64,000 nucleotides of DNA, from the NCBI RefSeq assembly GCF_037042905.1, contig NC_087247.1:20026001-20090000 (forward strand), written 5' to 3'. The notes under the pieces were generated by a model. The model saw nothing but the letters and a program-made list of their open reading frames with translations, was not told the DNA's origin and made no database searches. Below are positions 51,588 through 64,000 of the stretch, piece after piece; the first letter of the stretch is position 1, and each line of letters begins with the position of its first letter. The stretch comes from Lytechinus pictus (lineage: Eukaryota). Position numbers and translations under genes: made by a program.

Positions 51588-53435
51588 ATATATACTGATC
51601 AAGTAAAACAAAATTGTCAATTGGATTTCCTTTTTTATAGTTTGGCCATCCTGGGGATGTATGTCAATTCGGTTTCGTTTAATTTAATGATATTTAACTT
51701 TTGAGGGGATGTTCATCTTATACAGTTTGTTCTGTTTTGTAGAGTGACAATATGACGTACTGAAAAGGATAGATAAAGGACACCACTGCACTTGAGTCCA
51801 AAGAGTTTAATTATTGAAAATGAATTTCTATAGAATTTATGAATCTGTTTCTGGGATATACTTTGCCAACACACAGGCTCGATGTGAGGACAATGTTTTG
51901 TAAATTATCAAGCGATTATATCTTTTTCATAAGCCAGGGTTACACTAAAACCAAATTCTGCCAGAATATGACCTGACTCGGATGGATTCTGTGGATTCGG
52001 AATCTATTCGTATCTGATTTGGGGAGCTCCCTGAGGAAAATTAGATTAATGTTCCAAACAAAAATTAAATGGTGAAGGTGAAAGGTAGTCATGAGAGAGA
52101 GGGGGCGGGCAGAGAGTGTTGGGGATAAAAAAGTGATGGATGAGAGGGCAAGAATGTCAGTTTATAAATCATCTCAAATCTATTTCCTAATATGTTATGA
52201 TGTAAATACGCGTGAAAGATATTATACTAAAAGCATTATGATTGAAAAACATTTCATTCCATTTACCAAAATGAATATCACATTTCCATTAGTCAACATG
52301 CGTCGCGAAGAAACAAAGCTCTGTTATCAAGAGCAATATAGTCCCTTGAAATGACATTGATTTGATGCCGTATATCACATGACAAAGTTTATTATGTTAT
52401 ACTTCTGAGAAATGTAGGTCGTGATATAGGAAGCACTATTGATCCCGACTACCTTAATTTCTATTGATGTCGGCTTTCGATTCCGATAGATATGGAAAGC
52501 ATTCATGACAATGACTTTTCACTATTGGTTCTCCGCTGTCCATGTCATAAAACGTTGATAAACTGTTTGCAAGAGGACAAATGAAAAGAACCGAAGGAAA
52601 TTATGAGGCGCTTCCATGGTTTCGTTTTAATATGAATTGAAGGTTATATTTATGTCACTGCTGCCTGGGAGTGCTTCGTTTGTAATTACCAAAATGATCG
52701 ATTCTGATAAAAGGCTACTTGAAGCAAACCTTGGAGGAAAGGTTTCTGTTTGAAGTCACCGAGCAAAAACAAATTGTGAAATATCATTAAAAAGGGAGAC
52801 TATTAAGATAGAACTGTTTTATATGCAGGGTGAAAGCAAGATGTAAAAATAGAAATGGATTAAGTTCGAAGGAGAAGACAGGATGGAAAACCCGTGTTAT
52901 ATAAACAGACGAGAACAGTCTGGGAATAAGTAACAAGGACACACGCATGAACAGGTGTATATTTGAATGTTTTTAACTTGATAAATATTTGTAATAACAT
53001 GTCCCTTATTGATTATTTCATTACAAGTACTCTTTCTGGAATTTCTTCATATTCTATCTGGAAAACAAAAATAAAGAGAAATGGTTAAGCCGAATTTAAG
53101 AATGTGGTGCATTATGCATTGAGGTCACTACCAAGTGATAAGGTCAATACAAGCTTGTGATAATTTGAGATTTACACAGAACGTATTGTCCAACTGTCGT
53201 CTACAAATATGCATAGTCTAGATCCTGATATGAAGCAAACGCCAAATACCTATTTTCCAATCAATCAATTTATTTCCTATCAGTGCGGGAACAATTTCAA
53301 TAAAGCGTCCTCCGATATTGGCTGTAGGGATGACCATCAAATTAGGGGTAAGGTTGACCTTGGTCTAGTCTGGCAGATTTCGACAGTGCTTGTTGCCATG
53401 ATGACGGTGAATACATCCCAAGAGACACAGGCAGT

Positions 53436-54271
53436 CAGATGCGGCGGAACTGGGGGAAGGGGGCACTTCCCCCCCCAAAAAAAAGTCCCTTTTTCAAAAT
53501 GGAAAATTCCCTTCTTTCAAAATAAAAATGTGCCCTTTTTCAAAATGAAATAACCTTTTTCAGGTTAAACATAACACATTTTCGGTTAAAAAATCACAAA
53601 ATTTTTGACTTGCGCTACGCGCTCGCACCAATTATTGTTTAGTAAGGTACTCATCTTGTTCATGGTTACAAGAATATCTAGTTTTCAGGTTGGAATATCA
53701 CAAATTTTCAGTTCGCGTTCGCATTATTCGATTAGTGAGATATCTTTCCTATTCATGAGTCATTAAATGTAGTCCTCAGTCACTTTTCTGGTCAGTATAT
53801 TACAAATTTCAGCTCACTCTTTGCACTCGTCTTAATTCTTTAGTTAGATACACATCTCTTTCAAGATTAAAAAAACTGTTTAATATTCATGTCTTATTAT
53901 ACATGAAAAGTCCAAAGTTTAAGCTCGCGATTCACGCTTGCAACAACTCACAATGATGCACTTTTAATTAGCGCCATAATTGACCAAAAATGAGTTTTAC
54001 AACTTCAGATTTGATTTTTTTCTCCAAACTGCACGGTCGTTACGCTCGCTCGCTCGCGGATGAGCCGAAATAGATATCTTTTCAATCAGATATCACTTCA
54101 AAGTGGCTTTGATCAACTTAATTACTACAAAACACACAACTACTTAACGCTGATGATAATCTCATGGTGAAAAAAAATCCGTTTGAACCAAAATGCCAAT
54201 TTTGACATATAAGTGCCCTTTTTGGCTTTACCACCCCCCCAAAAATATATATATACGTTTCGCCGCCACTG
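53436..54271. mobile_element. hAT non-autonomous element with perfect 8-bp target duplication
   Basis: CAGGCAGT(53428-35)|CAGATGCGGCGGAAC ... GTTTCGCCGCCACTG|CAGGCAGT(54272-79); internal GCGCTxCGCGCTCGC motifs. Confidence 0.88.
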
Positions 54272-54619
54272 CAGGCAGTAAATATATAGAGTGTTAACTA
54301 GATGATTGTATTCAACTCTCTCGTTAGGAGGGTTCAGGAAAGGGCAACATCTTCTTCTCTTTCACCTGTTATTTGATTTATATCACGACATTATTTGATG
54401 AGGGTGCCATTTGGGGAAGGGGCAAGATATTACCATGAAGACATATATCCATGTAAAACATAAGTCTGGCCGCAAAAAGGAACAAGATAATGTCTGGTTG
54501 CAATCGTTTGGATGTTATTACCACTGTGACGTAAGATTTGTGTATTTTAAGGGTGAAGGGCACATTGGTAAATAAAATTGTCGAAAATGCCATTTGTGAT
54601 TAACATAGTGTTTTGAGTG

Positions 54620-54760
54620 AAGATGGTGATAGTGGTGGTGGTGGTGGTGGAAGTGGTGGTGGTGATTGATTGTTGATTATTATGACGATGATGACGACGG
54701 TGATGATGATGATGATGATGATGATGATTTACAATGATTATTTATGATGATGATAATGAC
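54620..54760. repeat. (GGT)n/(GAT)n microsatellite
   Basis: Direct reading. Confidence 0.92.
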
Positions 54761-54875
54761 ATTTACGAGCAGATGGTAATAAAAAGAAATACAAAGATTT
54801 TAGGCTCAAAATAATATACACCTAATGTTAACTTTGGTCAATTCTCTTAATGAATCTGGCTTATGAAACTCCTAA

Positions 54876-54950
54876 AATGGCCATGACAGTATACGTAATC
54901 AAAAAGTAGAAGAAGATCATGGTCACTTGGACTTCCTGGACATTATATGA
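54876..54950 (+). pseudogene. Possible tiny Penelope-type RT fragment
   Basis: Translates NGHDSIRNQKVEEDHGHLDFLDII*, resembling the Penelope-type motif 'LN..H.SI.FT.E.E.NG.L.FLD'. Confidence 0.4.
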
Positions 54951-56363
54951 TCTATTTATCCCCTCGCATACCTCAAAACGAACCAATATACTTTAAACAG
55001 ATTGCTACCAATGCTCTGAATAACGCAAATCTAGTAATTAATGAGAAACGGCGTTGGAAACATATACCAGCGAGTCAGCCTCTCGCCAATCAGTAAATCA
55101 ATATCGATAGACATCTCGATCAGGGCACCGGGGTAAATTTGATTTACAAAGACGAGCGAAGAGAAACTTCTCTTTTTATTATGAAAATAAGTTCGCTCTC
55201 GTGTTAGAAAAGTCGAAAAGGAAGCAACATGAGTATGGCGATGTCAGGAATTCAAAATACGAAAATCAAATTTATCGAAGACATCGAGAAAGGAAAGACC
55301 GAAACAGCAGAGAGTAATGAAATTAAAAGGGAATATAAAATCATGTGTATCTAATTTGAAAAATGTTCGTTGAGAGACTTGTAACAGAAAAAAGGTGACT
55401 GGATGAAAATAAGAATGAATTTTGAAGTTTGGCGAACTGACATTTTTTTTATTCAGCTATGATCGCATACGGTTACACATAAATGATATTGGATGTCTTG
55501 GTGCGAGTGAAAACGATAAATCAAGTATTTTTTAAAGATAGTAGATAATTGGATAAAAGGACATCAAAGAGAAGTGGAGAAAATAGGCATAATAGGGAAA
55601 AGGGGAAAATAAAATATGAAGAGATAGTATCATGGCTTTGCGGTGCCCAAGTCGAAGCAGGCTGGAATCACACTTAGTGCAGTTCACATATGCACTCACG
55701 TGTGCAGTTATGGGGGAGGGGGTAATTCTGCTTTCATTCATGAATTTTGACAGGAAAATTATTTAACTGTCAAGAGAATAAGGGTACGATTTGAAGGCTC
55801 TATTAAACAAGAATAAGAATGAGAGAGAAAAAAAAGATCATTGAACAGAGGCCTGATAGTTAAATCGATGTGAATTTCGAAAGAAGAGGACCCATGAGCT
55901 TTTTGAGAGCCTAAAAATAAGCGCTGACATCTGTCTATTTCGAAATTTCTCCTAGAAAAATTTCATAATTTTGTGGAAAGAGGAAAATAAAACGTTTAAA
56001 GGGAGGAGAAAGAGATGCATGTAGCGGGGATTGGAGTTGTAGAACTAAGTTTTTTTAAATATTGTTCCATTGCCTAAACCAACTTTCAAAATACAGTACA
56101 TGAGATGGTTATAGTAAATCAAGTAATGCTACAGTCCCTTTTATTCAACCCACAACACTACAATGGATCACAAAGTGCCTAGCATGTTTGACACCAAATG
56201 ATTATCAACCATTTTTTTTTTCTTTAATGATGATGAAAATTATGAGGATGTGTGGACCAATTTCTATGAATTCAATCAACTGGATTACAATATTACCAGG
56301 TGGACCAATTGAGTTCTCATTGAAAGTTATAATTTTGAAATCAGTATTCATTGAATGATCTAC

Positions 56364-58130
56364 CAGGTGGATCCAGGGGGGGCGAGGGGCCCGGGCCTCC
56401 CCTATTGGCGGAGCTAAAAAAAGAAAAAAGGGGGAAAGAAAAAAATTGAAAAGATAGAGGAGGATGACGAGTGAATAAAATTAGCTGAGGGGAAGATTTG
56501 AAAATGATAATTTTAAAAATCTTTCATGTCACTATACAAATTTTTCGCTCGCACTTCGCGCTCGCATTAGGTGATTTACATGTCTTGCTCAATATATGGA
56601 GCTTGAATTATCAAATTTTGACGTCAATGTACAAAACACATTTCAGCTCGGATATCGAACTTTTATTATTTTGTTTGATTTACAAATTGATTTTCAAAAA
56701 GTGCTCTGTACAAAATTATGTTTTATGGTCTGAATATTAATTTTTTCTGCGCGCTCACAAAATTTGATTTGTCACTTACCTATTATTTTCCTGTATTCCA
56801 TAAAGTTCTCAAAATATCCCTATTCAGGTCAGATTGTCAAAACATACCAGCTAGCGCTGTACGCTCGAATTTTGATTGGTGCGTTATGTATATCTCAATA
56901 CTAATGTTATATACAAGCTACTTAAAATCCTCATTTAATGACAGTTTATCAAATATTTCGGCTCGCGATTTAAAAAAAATATATTATCTTATTCATGATT
57001 ACAAAAGTGCTTTAAATGTCAAGTTTACTGGCCATAATATTAACAGATTTCGCGCTCTCATTAGGCTTATCAGATTAATAGATTAATTTAGTAATCAAAT
57101 TGTCCCTTTTTCAGAATTGAATGTCGACACGTTTCATCTCGCGCTTAGGAAGAGAAATAGGAAGATAGACATCATTTTCATATGATGACATAAAACTCAA
57201 AGTAATAATAATGAAACATATCAGCTCTTTTTAACTGTGATCCATATCAACCTCACGATTTTCCGAATAGTGCTTAAAATACAGAGATTTAATTGACCCT
57301 TTTTCAGATCGGAATATCAAATATTGCTTTTTACGATAAAAAGGTATTTAGAATGCCCAGATTCTAGATCGAAATCTGGAAGACGCGCGCGCATGTTTAT
57401 TTAGATACACAGCTTGTTCTCTATTTAAATCATTATCCAGTTTCAGATCACAATATAAAACTTTTTCTGCTCGCGCTTTGCGCTCGCATTATTATTGTAG
57501 GAAGATTTCCAATTACTCATCCTTTTCATGATTTACAAAACATGAATAGAGTGTTCCATTTTTAAGGTGTAAATCTCGAATTTTTCCGCTGGCGCTTCGC
57601 GCTCGCATCAATTGTTTATACTTATCTTTTTCACGATTACAAAAAGTGCTTAAAATTTCCATTCTTCAGGTAAAAATGTCAAAATTTTCAGCTATCGCTT
57701 TGCGCTCGCATTGTTTGATTGTTGAAATATGTATCGTCTTAATGGCTAACTGCAAGCAGCAGCAGCAACATATCCTTTTTTGATCAGATCAAAACGTATA
57801 TAAAAAATATCTGCTCGCGCTTCGCGCTCGCAGTAATTATTCAGTTGGATACACATCTCGTTTAGGATCACAAACATTGCCCAGAATGTTTGAATTTTAG
57901 GACAAAGTACATGAAATAGAAGAAAAAAATTGCACGCGCTCGCACTATTTAATTAAGGCTTATATGATTACTTTATATTTTTTTATTTATAAGAATAAAG
58001 CTTAAAAGTGATTATTAGGACTAATCCTTCAAACAAAAAAAAATCAACTTCGAGCGGCCGATAGGGGAAAATGTGGCTGAAAAAAAATTCCGCCCCCCCC
58101 CCCTATTGGCGAAGGCTGGATCCGCCCCTG
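56364..58130. mobile_element. hAT-like non-autonomous element (~1.77 kb) with GCTCGCGCTTCGCGCTCGC arrays
   Basis: Ends CAGGTGGATCCAG and CTGGATCCGCCCCTG; CCCCTATTGGCG repeated near both ends; motif copies at ~56546, 57469, 57587, 57692, 57812 and 57934; no intact TSD seen. Confidence 0.8.
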
Positions 58131-58139
58131 ACTATCATC

Positions 58140-60090
58140 ATGTTACGAGGTGAGGTAATCATGTTGACCTCGATCTCTTCATCTGAAATTAGTCCTCCAT
58201 CTCCATACGATGTGTTATTATACAAGAACAAAAACTTGTACACATGGAGGGTAGAGACGGTTTTAATCATTGAATATTGAAACGCTCAGACCACCAAAAC
58301 TTATCGAGTCTTAATTTGAATACATCGATGGAGCCTGAGTCAATAACTTCTTGGGGGAGGCTATTCCAGTCATTCACTATACCCTGTTACTAAAAACGCA
58401 TTTGCGTATGTCGAGTCTAGATCGTTCTTTGAATATCTTTAACGTATGACCTCGAAGATTTGAACTTGTTGATGGCAAGAAAAAGTGACTTGAGTCCATC
58501 TTGACCATTCCTTTCAGTATTTTAAATACCATAATGGCATCTCCTCTCATTCCCTTATAGTACAGGGAGTGTAAATCCAATACCTTTAATCTATCTGTGC
58601 AGGGGAGTTCTTTTATCTCCTGCACCATCTTAGTTGCTCTTCTCTGGACTTTCTCAATTTTACCCGCATCTTCCTTCCATCGAGTGTTCCACAAGATGTT
58701 GCCATACTCTAGGTGTGGTCTTACCAATGTCTTAAAAAATCGATAGGGTCTTTGTGTCCAGTTGAGTGAAAGTCCGTCTGATCATACCAAGGAGCTGATT
58801 CCATACTTCCATTGATACATGCTCATGAAATTTGAGTTCTGAGTCAATCAATACTCCCAGCATCTTCTCTCTGGTGGATGAGGCAACTTCATCTCCATTC
58901 ATGTGATATCTATCTTTCTTGATATTTCTCCCAATGTGAAGAACTGTACACTTATTCTGGTTGAAAGGAAGTTGCATTTTTTCAGCCCACATGGTAAGTT
59001 TGGACAGGCCTGCCTGTAAGGCCAGGGATTCTTCATCATTCCCTACTGCTCTGTACATCTTAGTATCATCCACAAAGAGTAAGATCCTGGAGTTTATGTC
59101 ACTGGGCAAGTCATTAATAAAAATGACAATAGGATGAGCCCGAGGATACTCCCTTGCGGTATGCCATTCTTAACATCTGTCCTTGATGATGTCTCTCCAT
59201 TTATAGCCACTCTTTGCTTTCTACCTTTCAGGAAGGCTCTAATCCAGACAAGAAGAGGGTTCTCAATTCAATAAGCTTTCAGCTTCAATCTTTCATAAGG
59301 TACTGCATCAAAAGCCTTCCTGAAGTCTAGATATAACACATCAATAGGTTGGCTATCATCTAATATCCCAGTCCATTCTTCAATGACCCATAAAAGCTGG
59401 GTCATACACGACCTTCCATTAACAAAGCCGTGTTGACAGTCGGAGAGAAGGTTGTTCCTTTCCAAGAATTTTATCACGGCATCTTTAATGATGCTTTAAT
59501 GCTGCTTCCCAACAACTGATGCTAGAGTAACTGGTCTGTAGTTCTCCACAGCTTTCCGACTTCCCTTCTTGTGAATTGGCGTGACATTTCCTGCTTTTCA
59601 GTCCTCAGGAAGTTTTGCCTCTTCTAATGATCTGTTAAAAAGGACTGACATTGGTTCTGCCAGTTCTCTAGCCAGTTCCTTTAGAAGTCTTGGATGAATG
59701 TTATCTGGTCCAGCAGACTTGTTACCATTCAGGTCCCTGAGTTAATTTTCTACTATGTCTGGATTTACCATCACTTCCTTAATGACTGCCCCACCGTGAT
59801 TAATTCCTGTTAGATCAGGCAGGTAATTCAAATTTTCATTGGCACTGGTAAAAACACTAGCAAAGTATGTGTAAAGCCTCTGCCTTTCCTTGGTCTGACT
59901 GAATGGGACTCCCATCACCATTATTCAAGTCTCCAATTCCAACTCTTGCTTTTTTCTTTTGGTTAGCATAGTTCCAAAAACCCTTTGGGTTCGATCCAAT
60001 GTTACTGATGAGATTATCCTCATGATCCTCCTGAGCTGTCGTGTAAGACTCAGAAGTTCATTACTAACTTCTCTAAACCTGTCATAATAA
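58140..60090 (-). pseudogene. 5'-truncated CR1-clade LINE (RT domain, frameshifted)
   Basis: ORFs 59268-59477 (QHGF, LDFRKAFD), 58732-59109 (LFVDDTK, LPFNQNKC) and 58377-58727 (VRPHLEYG, IEKVQRRATKMV, LRGH); also KSAGPDNIHPRLLKELA, NYRPVTL, GIPQGSILG and C-terminal WNSLPQEVI..FKLRLDKFW (~58290). Confidence 0.95.
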
Positions 60091-60149
60091 TATCATCTAG
60101 AACTGTTGAAGATCTATGGCTTGGCATTGGTTTTACTTGAGTTATCATT

Positions 60150-60790
60150 CCCTGTCGTCCCCAGGACATGCTTCCGGAACAAATCGGAAATAAATCGAAA
60201 TGCAAGTAAATTTTATTTTTCTTGGATTTAGATTCTTTTGGAACAAAACCTTACTAAAATGTATTTTTTTTTGCCAATTTAAACATGTTTGATATTGGAA
60301 ATTGAACATGAAACACATAAATATGGCTAGCAGAATACATTTCACATCTTTTCTGATGTTTATCCATTGAAAATTAAAAAAAAAAAATGATATTTTGTCA
60401 ACTTTTCTAAGGACGGCGACTTTTCGATATCTAATTCCAAAAGGAGCTAAATCCAAAAATATTCATAAAAATTGTAAAATTTGCTATTTTCAGCAAAATT
60501 TGCATTGATGGTGTAAACTTGTATCCACATGTACCTAAAATATGAATGCATAACTTTATGTAAAATAGGGGAAAATAACCAATTTTGAATAACCGTATAG
60601 TAGTTTGAGCTCCTTTGGGAACAAAAGTGTTTTGGATTTAGCTCCTTTTGGAACGAAACTCAAATTTGCAATCAGTTTTTACCAACCTTTCCAAAAACAT
60701 TTCAAATGCGATATGTTGCATTGATTCCCACGTCTAAGATACAGTTGTATAAAAACAAAATCAATTTTGGTCAAAAGTGGATTTAGGAAT
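60150..60790. repeat. DNA-transposon-like remnant with a repeated TTGGATTTAGCTCCTTTTGGAAC motif
   Basis: Motif at ~60223 (+), ~60435 (-), ~60608 (+, partial) and ~60633 (+). Confidence 0.55.
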
Positions 60791-62440
60791 CAAGCTCTTC
60801 AAATATATGGGATATTATTTTAATTTTCATGTGCTCACGCATCATAAAAGCGATCCCCACAGTAAACCTTTGCAAGAGTAATGGACAGACTCGTAGAATC
60901 CAAAGAATTCCTACAACATTTTCGAGTGTCACCATAAAGCTATCAAAAAGGGCGGTGGCTGTACCACCTCTCGGGATTAAAATGAAAAGACGCCTAATTA
61001 ATTAAATAATAATAAAAATATAAGGAGAAAGTAAGAAAAATAAAAAGGGGGCATGGTTGGTAACGAAGATAATAAATATGATAAGTTTTACATGTTCAGT
61101 GTTCTGCATTTTTTGCTAATTTGATGTCAGTCTACAACTTCAAAATACAGCCCTTGGATAAAAAAAAAATGATTTTTTTTTTTTTGCGCAAGCAAGCTAG
61201 CGAAAAATTGACCTTTTCAAAATGAAAATCTAATCTACTGATAAATTCTAACGTAATATCAAGAAAATAATTTCTGTACCGTGAGCACTACCATACATTG
61301 GTCTAAGATTAAATGCAATCATCATAAAGACGTACTATGTAATATTTCATATTGTAGGTTATAACTCGATAACAATAAACGTGACAAAATCATATTTCTG
61401 CGACGGGGAAGAAAGCGGTAGACATGGTACAAACATAATTACTAGAGGTGGCGGCTTATATCGTTTTATTTTGGAACATAGTTTGAATATGAGAGATGCT
61501 CGACTTAACCATTACTTTCCTTTTCATTAATTGACTCGGGGAAACATGTTATTCCACCAGCGCGTGTTTGAGATTCTATATCTAATGGAGATTTGTGTCA
61601 AAGGAACTTTTAGTACTAGGAAGAGCAGAGGCTCAGAGACATGACCAATGGCATCACAACTGGACAATACTGGCTTGGAAACCTCGATCGCTTTGAAAGC
61701 GTTTATTATGATAAAAAGGTTTAAGGGGAAATAAAATAGTGTTTTATTCCTCCATGGGCTAAGGACTCAGATTTAATTAGTTTAGGAGCTGTGATAGCAT
61801 GTCGTTAAGGGAGAGAACCACACACAAATGTTGAATGTCAGCTGGTTATGTATGCTCAAATCTTTTACTTTTCATGGTTCAAAATATGGCGGGATATGGA
61901 CAATTTAATGAGTTCCAGTCGCAGAGTGGTAGTATGCCCTTATTAATTCACATAAATTATCTCCTCTACTCTTTGATTCTCAAAATAAACCTTTAGTTTT
62001 CTAGCCCCCCCCCCACACACATCCCTTTCTCTCTCTTTCTGTGTGTGTGTGTCCCTCCCTCTGTCTCTCTCGCTCTGTGACTCTCACTTATATGACACGG
62101 CTTGATTGATAAGGCTTTTCTCTAAATCGATACTTTTACGATGAGTCCATTCAAGGCGAACATTTTGATTATATTCGTACGTAATGCAAATTTCACCGTC
62201 AATGCGCAAGTGATGTACATCGACAGTGGTTGACAGACAATCAACTTCCGATATTTATTGAAAATATTTAGTATTCATTATTGTAAATATATAAATGTTT
62301 GTAAATTAAATGAATTGATAACCAACATGAAAATCGGAACAAAGGATATACAATGAACTTTAAATGTCTTCACTGACAATTGTTCATTGTTTGTTAGTTT
62401 GTTTTTTGGAGAGAGAGAATTAGCAATCCCTAAACAGTCA

Positions 62441-62696
62441 CTGTGGCGTAATAACTTTTTAAAAAAATGAGGGCCTGATAATGGCGTATGGGGCAGAATT
62501 TCTAAAAGGCGGACGAGCAAGCAGACATCTGGACCTTATTTGATACATAAATCTAATTTTGTAATAGATTTTTTGGTAAATAATATTCAGAAAATAGTAT
62601 CATGTTACTACCCCTTTCCTGTCCTTTTCTCCTTTTGTCTTGGTCGTGAAACTTTCGTATAGCCCCAAAGGCCCCCTCCCAATCTGGATGCTGGTG
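62441..62696. mobile_element. Decayed hAT MITE (family of 44647-44920, opposite orientation)
   Basis: Starts CTGTGGCGTA; internal CTTTCC..TCCTTTTCTCCTTTT.TCTTGGTCGTGAAA is the reverse complement of ~44692-44735. Confidence 0.65.
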
Positions 62697-62775
62697 TCAC
62701 TGAAAAAGACTGCTGTTCATGTCGGTCAACGCGTAGTAGCTTCATAGATCACCAGAAATTATTCGGAGTCCATAT

Positions 62776-63012
62776 CACTGTAAAAAATGTGGTGTTAAAA
62801 CTGACACCAGTTCGTGTTAATAGACGACCACACCCCGAGGTGTTAAAATTACACCCTAGAGATTGAACATAACACCAAATAGTGTAAATGTAACAACCAA
62901 AGGTGTTGTAATAACACCTATAGGTGTTAAACTAACACCATCAATTTAACACCGGAGTAAAATAACTGGTGTGGTCCTCTATGTACACCGGTTAACACCA
63001 CAGTTTTTGCTG
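62776..63012. mobile_element. MITE with CACTG-type end and many GGTGTT/AACACC motifs
   Basis: CACTGTAAAAAATGTGGTGTTAA ... TTAACACCACAGTTTTTGCTG; same architecture as 38679-38917. Confidence 0.75.
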
Positions 63013-64000
63013 TATAAATCTTAGATGTAATTCTCCTCCACCCACTACTCCCACTACTTGCCGCTATATGTACCTCGCGATGAAACCGTGCTAACGCGGA
63101 CTGGTGTTAAATCTTTGAGCTCCGTGTACTAACCGTGTTCGTACCTTAAAGGAAAATACGATTAACGAATGAGGCTAGGAAGCACGATATTAAGATGGAT
63201 CTTTCGGTGTGCTGATCAATGCAGGCACTGTATTGAGACCGTATAATTTAAGGAAGTCGGGAAATCGTGTGATTTCCCAAATATCGGATTCTTACAGAGA
63301 TCATGCTATTCCTGTTGAAGTCAAGTGACTGCATGATACCATTTATGATGTGTTCGAATGCTATATACGATCTTTTGATTTTGGAAATTTGTATAAATCC
63401 GCCCTCAACAAAATCGTAAAGGATACGGAGACGGTGAATCTGTCCGAAAATCGCCTAATGACATCCCAAGGACATCGTGCAATTAGAGGGATACGATAAA
63501 TTGCGGTCATCATACAATGATCGTAGACCAAAATGTTAACAAATCGGCAATGTGAAATTGACAAAGAGTTTTCATAATGTCTCAGATTTAAAGCCATATA
63601 AGTTATCTCGGAGATAGTGTGGATTGTGAAAAGGTGTCTATGATATCGACATCGTAAAATGATCCCCACAGTTCGAAAAAATTTTGATGACGCCCCAGCC
63701 CATATAAATAACCCAATCATTCCCATCCAAATTCACCAGTAATGAAGTGCACGCTACCTGACCGAGATGACCTCTAAAAACAATTATTGCATCACAATCC
63801 ATATCAATCATAATTAATTAATCACTGCCAAGCGAAGGAAAAATATATAGCATATGGCAATCAATCTGATGAACTTCATAGCTAATCAGGTTGCATTGCG
63901 AGACAGGGCACACCCCCCTCCACCATCGTATTATGGTTCAACATTCAAAGCACACCAAGCTAGCCGAAATTTATACTTTGAATGACTGAATTCAACATTT

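Overview
AT-rich eukaryotic (animal) DNA with no host protein-coding gene that I can support; almost all ORFs in the track are spurious or come from microsatellites and transposons. The repeat repertoire (Deu-type tRNA SINE, CR1 and L2-group LINE relics, TTAA/AGG Kolobok-like MITEs, hAT MITEs with GCGAGCGCGAAGCGCGAGC arrays, pearl/Tsp-like Helentron elements) points to a marine deuterostome, most likely a sea urchin (inference). The window reads as a gene desert or large intron filled with nested transposons. The only clear coding homology is decayed retrotransposon sequence: L2-group at 1-207 and ~7030-9480, CR1 at ~34130-36330 and ~58290-60090. Most interesting: (i) a chimeric SINE at 44500-44970 whose head resembles the 7SL/SRP Alu domain, followed by a B-box-like motif, a MetaSINE-like core and a (CA)n tail, split by a hAT MITE; (ii) a minimal type I hammerhead-ribozyme fold at 21349-21407 in a Penelope-like terminal repeat; (iii) Helentron-like elements whose tandem repeats carry DR1 (AGGTCAnAGGTCA) motifs. 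All assignments are by eye, with no database searches.
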